Assembly (NCBI GenBank): GCA_009781495.1 | Contig: WQYA01000005.1 | Location: 5,810 to 69,809 of the forward strand | Direction of reading: 5' to 3' | Source: Cystobacterineae bacterium | GTDB taxonomy: Bacteria; Myxococcota; Myxococcia; Myxococcales; Myxococcaceae | Length of the DNA stretch: 64,000 nucleotides | Shown here: positions 17,801 through 24,834 of the stretch, in pieces | Layout of the letters: each line of letters starts with the position of its first letter | Position numbering within the stretch: the stretch's first letter is position 1 | Notes under the pieces: model-generated | What the model saw: only the letters and a program-made list of their open reading frames with translations | What the model was told of the DNA's origin: nothing | Database searches by the model: none | Translations under genes and position numbers: made by a program

Positions 17801-18298
17801 ATGTCGGAAGTCCCCTGGGAGGAGGGGGGCAGCGGTGGGGCAGCCTTAGAGGCCCTGTTGTTATACATGCAAGGGGCCTGGCCGGAGGAGGCCTGTGGGG
17901 CCCTGTTTGTGAGCGCTTTAGGGGAGTGGCTATGGCGTCCCCTAGAGAATGTAGCCGGGAATAAGCTTCAAGCCTTTGTTGTTGGGGAGGGGTGGCTTCG
18001 TCTTTTACAGGAGGAGGAGAGGCGGGGTGGCAGGCTGGTTTGTTTAGCGCATTCGCACCCGGAAGGGGAGGCCGAGCTGTCCAGGGCGGACATACGGAGT
18101 TTAGCCCCTGGGGGCAAGTTGCTATGGCCCGGGCTTATGCAAATGGTAGTAGCCACAGGGGAGGGGGGTTGGAGGGAGGCGGCATGGTTTAGCCCCCCTG
18201 GGGTTAGAGGCGAGGCCGGCCTCCCGGGCTTTGTCTGTGGGGGGCGCTTGAGCCGTGCTTGTTTTGAAGCTCGAAAAAGAAGAACATTTGCGCTATAG
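17801..18298 (+). CDS. JAB/MPN (JAMM) metallopeptidase-domain protein
   Basis: The complete JAMM signature is present: EEACG ... HSHPEGEAELSRAD (E, HxH, S..D). The ORF track start at 17750 overlaps the preceding gene, whereas ATG 17801 does not. Confidence 0.7.
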   Translation: MSEVPWEEGGSGGAALEALLLYMQGAWPEEACGALFVSALGEWLWRPLENVAGNKLQAFVVGEGWLRLLQEEERRGGRLVCLAHSHPEGEAELSRADIRSLAPGGKLLWPGLMQMVVATGEGGWREAAWFSPPGVRGEAGLPGFVCGGRLSRACFEARKRRTFAL

Positions 18299-18348
18299 GC
18301 TGGGCGTGTTGTTTTTTTCCTCTCTTTCCCCATTTCCACCGGAGGAAC

Positions 18349-19221
18349 ATGGTGCAACAAAATGGCTTTGCAGTTTGGCTGACAGGCATGTCCGGCAGCG
18401 GAAAATCCACCATTGCGAGATATATTGCAGCGCGCTTGCGACAGGTGGATCGCCGCGTTGAGATTTTAGACGAAAATGAGTTGAACCTTTTGCTTCCAGA
18501 GAACAGCGAGAGCCCCGAGGGCCGTGCGACGGTGGTACGGCGTTTGGGCTACCTTGCCGAATTGTTGACGCGCAACCAGATTGCCACCCTGGTAGCCGCC
18601 GTCAGCCCTTCCAAAAGTTTACGTGAGGAAGCGCGCCGTACAGTGGTGCGTTTTGTCGAAGTGTTTGTGGACTGCCCCACGGAGGTATTGATTCAGCGGG
18701 ACACCACGGGCCGCTACAAAAAGGCGCTGTCGGGTGAAATCCCCAACTTTATAGGCATTACCGAGCCCTATGAGCCGCCCCCTTCGCCGGAGGTGCTGAT
18801 TCGCTCAGACGAAGAGGGTGTTGAAGAGGGTGCGCACAAGGTTTTGCAGGCGCTTTTTGACTTAGGGGCATTGAATGCGGAGGAGATGAAGACGATTGAG
18901 GCTTCGCGTGTACAGATGGAGTTGTTGGAGCGGCCCAAGCAGCAGCCCTTGGTTTCCAAGAAGCGGCAAAAGCCTTCAAAGACGCCGCCGCCCAAGCGTT
19001 TGTTGGCGGTGAAACCCTCCAAACCCCCACGTGCCGCCCCGGAGAAGCCTTCTGCAAAAACCGGCAAGGCGGCCGGCAAGGCAAAGCCCTCCAAGCTTGC
19101 GAAGAAACCGGCGCCGATGAAGAAGCCGGCAAGCAAACCGGCGAACAAGTCAGCGGGCAAACCGGCGAACAAGCCGGCGAAGAAAAAACCGGTGGCGGCC
19201 AAGGCGCGAAAGAAGAAATAA
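18349..19221 (+). CDS. adenylyl-sulfate (APS) kinase-like protein with Lys/Ala/Pro-rich C-terminal tail
   Basis: P-loop GMSGSGKST and the late CysC motifs (FVEVFVDCP..RD..G.YKKA..GEI.NF.GI..PYE.P..PE) are present. The LDGDNxR and FS..DR.ENIRR motifs are replaced by LDENELN and SPEGRATVVRR. The 87-aa tail at 18958-19218 is histone-H1-like. Confidence 0.65.
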   Translation: MVQQNGFAVWLTGMSGSGKSTIARYIAARLRQVDRRVEILDENELNLLLPENSESPEGRATVVRRLGYLAELLTRNQIATLVAAVSPSKSLREEARRTVVRFVEVFVDCPTEVLIQRDTTGRYKKALSGEIPNFIGITEPYEPPPSPEVLIRSDEEGVEEGAHKVLQALFDLGALNAEEMKTIEASRVQMELLERPKQQPLVSKKRQKPSKTPPPKRLLAVKPSKPPRAAPEKPSAKTGKAAGKAKPSKLAKKPAPMKKPASKPANKSAGKPANKPAKKKPVAAKARKKK

Positions 19222-19251
19222 ACTTTCCCCCTCCCTCTTTCTCCTCTGGCC

Positions 19252-20085
19252 ATGCCTGCCCTACCCCAAGCCCCCGAGAGTCTGTTGTGGCAGCCGCGGA
19301 TGCGTGAGGCTTGCGAAAAATTGAAGCCTTTCTCTTCTGCACTGGTAGCGTTTTCAGGGGGGGTAGACTCCAGTTTAGCACTCAAGCTGGCCACAGAGGT
19401 ATTGGGTACAAGCCATGTGGTAGCGGCAACCGCGCGCTCTGCTTTTTTCACTCAAGAGGAGGAGGAGAGCGCGAAAGCCGTGGCCGAGCATTTGGGCATA
19501 CGGCATGTTTGGCTGCAGATGCGCCCGCTGGAAGACGCCGACATTGTGAAGAACGGCCGTGAGCGTTGTTATTTCTGCAAGCGAAACTTGGTAATTGCCT
19601 TGAAAGCTTTGCAAGCGCAGTTGGCCTTGGACGTCATTTTGGACGGCAGCAATGCGGGGGATGTTTTGGACCACCGGCCTGGGAGGCGTGCGTTAAGGGA
19701 GGGCAACATATATTCCGTTTTAGCGGAGGCAGGTTTTAGCAAGCCGGAGATTCGCGCGTGTGCTTTGCATTTGGGGTTGCCCAATTGGGACAGGCCGCAG
19801 GCTGCGTGTTTGGCGACGCGCATTCCCTATGGCGAAGCCTTGAGCGCTTCCGTTTTGGAACAAATAGCCTGTGCCGAAGCCGCGTTGAGGCAGTTGGGCC
19901 TGAGGGTATTCCGCGTACGCCACCATGGGGAAACGGCGCGTCTTGAGATAGAGGAAGCAGCCTTTGCAAGTTTGGCAAACGCAGAGTTTCGAGCACAGTG
20001 TATGGATGCGCTACAAAAAGTGGGCTACCGTTTTATAACGGTGGACTTAGAAGTATTTCGCTCCGGCCGAATGAATTTCCGCTAG
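19252..20085 (+). CDS. PP-loop ATP pyrophosphatase, LarE-like (TIGR00268-type) family
   Basis: PP-loop SGGVDSS, RCYFCK, DGSNAGD..HRPG, and ACLATRIPYG with the LarE-type cysteine. Confidence 0.7.
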   Translation: MPALPQAPESLLWQPRMREACEKLKPFSSALVAFSGGVDSSLALKLATEVLGTSHVVAATARSAFFTQEEEESAKAVAEHLGIRHVWLQMRPLEDADIVKNGRERCYFCKRNLVIALKALQAQLALDVILDGSNAGDVLDHRPGRRALREGNIYSVLAEAGFSKPEIRACALHLGLPNWDRPQAACLATRIPYGEALSASVLEQIACAEAALRQLGLRVFRVRHHGETARLEIEEAAFASLANAEFRAQCMDALQKVGYRFITVDLEVFRSGRMNFR

Positions 20086-20225
20086 ACCGCTTCCACTTTG
20101 ACACTTTCTCATCGCCCAAGCCTCGCCTTCACGAAACGGGAACACGAAGCACCGCAAGGGAGCTCCCTTGGCCTTGAAAAGGCAGAGATTTTGACAGCCC
20201 ACGCGAATGTGGGATTCTATGCCAC

Positions 20226-20402
20226 ATGGAGCCTACGAAAGAGCGTTTGTTGTCGGTTGTATTCCGTCTGAATGACGTCAAATTGCGTTCCCTCAAGCAG
20301 CTTGCGCAGAGGACGCGCATACGCCAGAGCGAATATTTGCGGGAGGCCATTGCCGACTTATTGAGCAAATATGACGACAAGCGGAGGGGAGGGGGCCCCT
20401 AA
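20226..20402 (+). CDS. small ribbon-helix-helix (CopG-like) protein
   Basis: 58-aa ORF below the track cutoff, translated by hand: MEPTKERLLSVVFRLNDVKLRSLKQLAQRTRIRQSEYLREAIADLLSKYDDKRRGGGP. It shows the beta-strand / helix / helix pattern typical of RHH proteins. No clear SD sequence. Ends 21 nt before crcB. Confidence 0.45.
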   Translation: MEPTKERLLSVVFRLNDVKLRSLKQLAQRTRIRQSEYLREAIADLLSKYDDKRRGGGP

Positions 20403-20423
20403 GGGGGCGGGGAGGGGGGGGCT

Positions 20424-20792
20424 ATGAAACTTATTTTAGCCATAGGCGCAGGCAGTTTTATAGGTGGGGTTTTACGCCATATATTGTCATTATGGATACA
20501 GGCCAGGACGGTTAAGCCTTTTCCCCTGGGGACGTTGGCAGTGAACCTTTCGGGTTGTTTTCTGATAGGCCTTGTATTTGGTTTTTTCGACAGGGGGCAA
20601 CTTTCGGATGGATGGAAGTTGTTTTTAGCAACGGGCCTATTGGGCGGCTTCACGACTTTTTCTGCATTTTCGAACGAAACGGTCATTTTGTTAAGGGAAG
20701 GGCACATGCAGTCTGCTTTTCTCTACATTTTTTCCAGTGTTATTTTAGGTTTATTAGCGAGCTATGTGGCCTATATATTGGCAAGAGCATGA
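20424..20792 (+). CDS. crcB: fluoride ion channel CrcB/Fluc
   Basis: 122 aa with 4 TM segments and the CrcB motifs GSFIGGVLR, FPLGTLAVNLSGCFLIG and GLLGGFTTFSAFS. Confidence 0.9.
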   Translation: MKLILAIGAGSFIGGVLRHILSLWIQARTVKPFPLGTLAVNLSGCFLIGLVFGFFDRGQLSDGWKLFLATGLLGGFTTFSAFSNETVILLREGHMQSAFLYIFSSVILGLLASYVAYILARA

Positions 20793-21033
20793 AATGGTGC
20801 GAAACGGGTTTATATATAAGAGCTGGCTGAAGCGGCAGAGGCAAGCCAGGCGGCTGAGGCTCAAGGTTTTGAGCCCACATTTGTCGAGCGGATTTTGCTT
20901 GTAACCTGTTGTTGTTAGGGCTTGGATGAAAGGGGCCTGAGTGGTTGGCATTAGAGGCTGAGATTGATAACCATGAAATGGATGCATACCATACCAGAGC
21001 CAGAGGGCAACAACTTGGGAGGGTTTTGAGGGC

Positions 21034-21879
21034 ATGTCGAGTCGTTGGCTGTTTCGTCAAGGAGCGCTGATTCTAGGTCCATTGGACAAAGAGCAATTGG
21101 AGCAGAGGATTTTAGAAGGGGAACTGGGTGAGGACATAGAGGCGAAGGAGTTGGGAGGGGAAGCCTTTAGGCCTCTTCGGGAGATAGGGGTTTTTGCTGT
21201 TGCATTGGCGAAGGCGAAGGCGAAGCGGCGGGTGGAAGTGCTTTCGGAGAAGCGGGCAACGGCGAAGCGGAAGCGTCGTCTCATAGCTGCTGCGGGTGTA
21301 TTGGTTCTCCTGCTGCTCAGCTCCATAGCCGTGTTTTACATCAGCACGGATTTGGCGAAGAGCAAGACGACGGAGCCCACCGACAGTTTGGCCTTTGCGG
21401 ATTTCGGTTCGGATGTTGTCAGCATTCGTCGTTCTCCCAAGGAGCCTTCAAAAGAAACGGACCCTTTGCTTTCCTATCAGGACAGCAACAAACTGTCTGG
21501 GGGGGGGCGGAGGGTAGCAGCGGAGGGGGGCAGCAAGGGGGCCAGCGGCTGGGTAGACGACATAACGACGGACATTCAGTGGAACCCGGACAGCATCAAA
21601 CAAGTATTGGATTCCAACCAGCGCAGGTTGTTGTCGTGTTTGCAGAACAACGTGAAGACGGTGGATGGATGGAACCGGGGAGACCTTGTGAAGATTCCGA
21701 TTGGGTTTACCATTTCGAACAATGGCCGAGTGAACAACCTTTGGGTAGAGCATGCGCGCTACAAGGGCAAGGAGTTGGAGTCCTGTCTGTTGCAAGAGAT
21801 GGGGAAGTGGCCGTTTGCGCCCTATGATGGAGACCAAGCGGTTGTGAATTGGTCCATTTCCTGGAAGGTGCGCAGCTGA
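21034..21879 (+). CDS. GYF_2-like N-terminal domain / TM / AgmX-PglI-type C-terminal domain protein
   Basis: The N-terminus RWLFRQGALILGPLDKEQLEQRILEGEL is GYF_2 (DUF4339)-like. It has one TM segment (LIAAAGVLVLLLLSSIAVFYI). The C-terminal ~90 aa carry two Cys and W.F.P, as in the myxobacterial AgmX/PglI (GltJ/GltG) tail. Identified from memory of the family pattern. Confidence 0.45.
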   Translation: MSSRWLFRQGALILGPLDKEQLEQRILEGELGEDIEAKELGGEAFRPLREIGVFAVALAKAKAKRRVEVLSEKRATAKRKRRLIAAAGVLVLLLLSSIAVFYISTDLAKSKTTEPTDSLAFADFGSDVVSIRRSPKEPSKETDPLLSYQDSNKLSGGGRRVAAEGGSKGASGWVDDITTDIQWNPDSIKQVLDSNQRRLLSCLQNNVKTVDGWNRGDLVKIPIGFTISNNGRVNNLWVEHARYKGKELESCLLQEMGKWPFAPYDGDQAVVNWSISWKVRS

Positions 21880-21978
21880 TGGGCATAACAGGTTATTCCT
21901 GAAATGCCTTTGACAAGGAAGATGGTTTTGTGAATAGAGAGGGAGAGACGAGGGGGGAATGCAGATAAGGAGATACAG

Positions 21979-23247
21979 GTGAAGAAGGGAGAGCCAAGCG
22001 GAGGTTTGTCGTGTTCTTTTTGCGGGAAGCCGCAGAAGGAAGTGCGCAAGCTGATAGCCGGTCCTTCCGTTTATATTTGCGACGAATGCATACGTTTATG
22101 CGATGAGATTATAGGAGAGAGCCAGGAGGAAGGGACGCCGTCTTCCTTTCAGGTGCCGGTTCCCCTGGAGATAAAGAATTTTCTAGACGGCTATGTGGTG
22201 GGGCAAGAGCAGGCGAAGAAAGTTTTGTCTGTGGCCGTCTACAACCACTACAAGCGTGTTTATGTCAAAAAGCCGGCCAAGTCCCGTGGGGGGCAGAGGA
22301 AGAGCGAGGAGCTTGAGCTTTCGAAGTCGAATGTTTTGCTTTTGGGGCCGACGGGCTCTGGGAAGACTTTGCTGGCGCAGTCTTTGGCGAAGCTTTTGAA
22401 TGTACCGTTTACGATTGCGGATGCGACGAGTCTCACCGAAGCGGGCTACGTGGGCGAGGACGTCGAAAACATCATTCAGAACCTGCTTCAGAATGCGGAA
22501 TATGACGTAGAGCGGGCCTCCAAGGGGATAGTGTTTATAGATGAGATAGACAAAATAGCCCGCAAGACGGATGTTCCCTCTCCCTCAAGGGATGTGGGGG
22601 GTGAGGGTGTACAGCAAGCCCTGTTGAAGATTATTGAGGGGACGCGGGCAAACGTAACCCCCAAGGGTGCGAAGAAATATGGCCAGCATGAGTCTTTGCA
22701 GGTGAACACGCGGGATATTTTGTTTATTTGCGGGGGGGCGTTCAACGGTCTAGAGCTGATAATCAAACACCGGGTAGGCGAAAAAGGTTTGGGTTTTGGT
22801 GCGCAGCTACAGGGGCCCAATGAACGCAGCACGGGGGATTTGTTGCGACAAGTAGAGCCTGGCGACTTGATGCGGTTTGGGATGATTCCCGAGTTTATAG
22901 GGCGCTTGCCCGTTGTTGCGACGCTGGACGGTTTGAACGAAGCGGATTTGGTGACCATACTGACGCAGCCGAAGAATGCCCTCACGAAGCAATACCAATG
23001 GTTGTTTGAGTTGGAGAAGGTGAAGTTGACGTTTACGCCTGCGGCGCTCAAAGCCATTGCCCAAGAGGCGATGCGTCGCAACACAGGCGCTCGTGGGTTG
23101 CGCTCCATTCTGGAAGAGCTGATGTTGGATTTGATGTATGACGTCCCCTACCGCAAGGGCATTTTGTCATGTGAAGTGACAGAAGACTTTGTCTTGCGCA
23201 AGGCCCAACCGCAGCTGCAGTTCATCCAAGAGAAACGTTCAGCCTAG
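21979..23247 (+). CDS. clpX: ATP-dependent Clp protease ATP-binding subunit ClpX
   Basis: Zinc finger CSFCGK...CDEC, Walker A GPTGSGKT and Walker B FIDEIDK. GTG start is 5 nt after an AAGGAG. Confidence 0.95.
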   Translation: MKKGEPSGGLSCSFCGKPQKEVRKLIAGPSVYICDECIRLCDEIIGESQEEGTPSSFQVPVPLEIKNFLDGYVVGQEQAKKVLSVAVYNHYKRVYVKKPAKSRGGQRKSEELELSKSNVLLLGPTGSGKTLLAQSLAKLLNVPFTIADATSLTEAGYVGEDVENIIQNLLQNAEYDVERASKGIVFIDEIDKIARKTDVPSPSRDVGGEGVQQALLKIIEGTRANVTPKGAKKYGQHESLQVNTRDILFICGGAFNGLELIIKHRVGEKGLGFGAQLQGPNERSTGDLLRQVEPGDLMRFGMIPEFIGRLPVVATLDGLNEADLVTILTQPKNALTKQYQWLFELEKVKLTFTPAALKAIAQEAMRRNTGARGLRSILEELMLDLMYDVPYRKGILSCEVTEDFVLRKAQPQLQFIQEKRSA

Positions 23248-23655
23248 CTCCAACTCTTTTCGAAGCTGTGCGGTGAGTTTGAAATAGGCCTCTCTGGAGA
23301 AGCTTTGGTTGAGGATATGGAAGTCTTTTCTGTGGAGGCCGACGCAACCGAAGCAATAGTTGCATTCGGTGAGGTTTCGGCTCAAGACGAGATAGGCGCT
23401 GTCGCCGCAGCCTTCGGAGCGTATGCAATAAGCGCAGTTGGACATAGAGGTGCAGTCCACGCAATGAACCGAGTTGTTGCACAGTTTGCATTGGGTGCAG
23501 TGTGTGCATTGATAGCAGTCTTGGCACTGGCGGCAGAAGGTACAGTGTGCGCAGCGAGCACATTCTTCACAGCCATAGCTGACGGGGTTGATGGGCTCGG
23601 TCGCGAAGTTTTTCGTCAGGAGGTTGAGTTGCTCAAGAAATTCTCTGCGGTCCAT
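23239..23655 (-). CDS. cysteine-rich protein with CxxC ladder, function unknown
   Basis: 138 aa with 19 Cys. Residues 29-59 place a Cys at every third position (11 in a row). N- and C-terminal segments look like ordinary helices. Its 3' end overlaps the clpX 3' end by 9 nt. Confidence 0.55.
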   Translation of the reverse strand: MDRREFLEQLNLLTKNFATEPINPVSYGCEECARCAHCTFCRQCQDCYQCTHCTQCKLCNNSVHCVDCTSMSNCAYCIRSEGCGDSAYLVLSRNLTECNYCFGCVGLHRKDFHILNQSFSREAYFKLTAQLRKELELG

Positions 23656-23882
23656 GTGTACGATCCATGCGGATAAGGTGGGGTATAAGTTCCTTAAGCT
23701 TATTTATTCGGTTTTAATGGCACAGGCAAATGGACAAGACAAAATGTGGTTTTAAGTGTTATCCAAAGGTTTAGGCATGGGTTTTGCGCATGGGACTTGA
23801 CATTCGTCGATTCCCTCAATAAACAGCTCCCTCCCAGTAGAAGGGCACCTGTTTTCAGGTATACAGAATGGAGTTTGAAGAA

Positions 23883-24329
23883 ATGTCGCAGAGGACATAC
23901 AGCGCCAGGCCCGCGGACATACAGCGCTCTTGGTTCATAGTGGATGTGGATGGCAAAATCCTCGGTCGTGTTGCGAGTCAAATTGCGAGCATTCTGAAGG
24001 GCAAGCACAAAGCCATTTATACGCCCTCCATGGATACGGGAGACCATGTCATTGTCGTCAATGCGGCGAAAGTGCGTGTCACGGGGAAGAAAGAGACCAA
24101 CAAGCTCTATTACCGGCACCCCAATGCAGGTTTCCCGGGTGGCTTGAAAGTGACCACCTATGAAAAGCTTCAGGAGCGCCACCCGGAGGACATTGTCCTC
24201 AATGCCGTGCGACGGATGTTGCCGCGCAACGCGCTGGGGAGGCAGATGATGACCAAACTGCGCGTCTATGCGTCCGCCGAGCATCCTCATGTGGCGCAGC
24301 AACCCCAGAGTTTGGAATTGAAGGTTTAA
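23883..24329 (+). CDS. rplM: 50S ribosomal protein L13
   Basis: [43 protein letters not shown] is a typical L13 N-terminus. A GGAG lies 9 nt upstream of ATG 23883. Confidence 0.9.
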   Translation: MSQRTYSARPADIQRSWFIVDVDGKILGRVASQIASILKGKHKAIYTPSMDTGDHVIVVNAAKVRVTGKKETNKLYYRHPNAGFPGGLKVTTYEKLQERHPEDIVLNAVRRMLPRNALGRQMMTKLRVYASAEHPHVAQQPQSLELKV

Positions 24330-24349
24330 CTTTTTTGAAAGACAGGGCA

Positions 24350-24745
24350 ATGGCAGAATTAGCATCTTTTTATGGAACAGGCCGCCGCAAGGAATCCACG
24401 GCGAGGGTGGTGATTCAACCGGGGACGGGGGAGGTGGTTGTCAACGGACGCGCTTTGGACGACTATTTTGGCCGGGAGACTTCCAAAATGATTCTCCAGC
24501 AGCCCTTGCAGATTTTGGAGCAGCTAGGGAAGATAGACATTCAGGTGAACGTACGAGGAGGCGGGCTGTCGGGGCAAGCTGGGGCGATTCGCCACGGTTT
24601 GGCGCGGGCCTTGTGCAAGCTCAATCCGGATTTTCGGTTTCCGCTCAAGAAGGCGGGCCTTTTGACGCGGGATGCTCGCGCGGTTGAGCGCAAAAAATAC
24701 GGACGTCCTGGAGCCCGAAAGCGCTTCCAGTTCTCCAAGCGCTAA
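24350..24745 (+). CDS. rpsI: 30S ribosomal protein S9
   Basis: YGTGRRKES...ARV and the C-terminal [18 protein letters not shown] match S9. Follows rplM, as in the conserved operon. Confidence 0.9.
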   Translation: MAELASFYGTGRRKESTARVVIQPGTGEVVVNGRALDDYFGRETSKMILQQPLQILEQLGKIDIQVNVRGGGLSGQAGAIRHGLARALCKLNPDFRFPLKKAGLLTRDARAVERKKYGRPGARKRFQFSKR

Positions 24746-24754
24746 GTTTTTTGG

Positions 24755-24786
24755 GGCCAGGGGCGCCCTGGCCTGTTTGTTTTTTT
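24755..24786 (+). terminator. rho-independent terminator after rpsI
   Basis: 8-bp GC-rich stem GGCCAGGG / CCCTGGCC with a 3-nt loop, followed by TGTTTGTTTTTTT. Confidence 0.6.
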
Positions 24787-24834
24787 GTTTCATTTTGTTG
24801 TTGGGGTTTATTGTTTTAGAAGACGTTTTTGTCC

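Noticed and set aside
20086-20423. Fluoride (crcB motif) riboswitch upstream of crcB.
   Set aside because: No GAUG...AACNGCC...CUGAUGA core was found on the + strand by eye. A small RHH ORF occupies most of the space.
23305-23676. 123-aa plus-strand ORF opposite the Cys-ladder gene.
   Set aside because: It is Ala/Val/Gly-rich featureless sequence that is the codon-complement of the Cys/His/Gln-rich frame. The minus-strand frame has structured termini and a strict period-3 Cys pattern, so I prefer it, though this is not proven.
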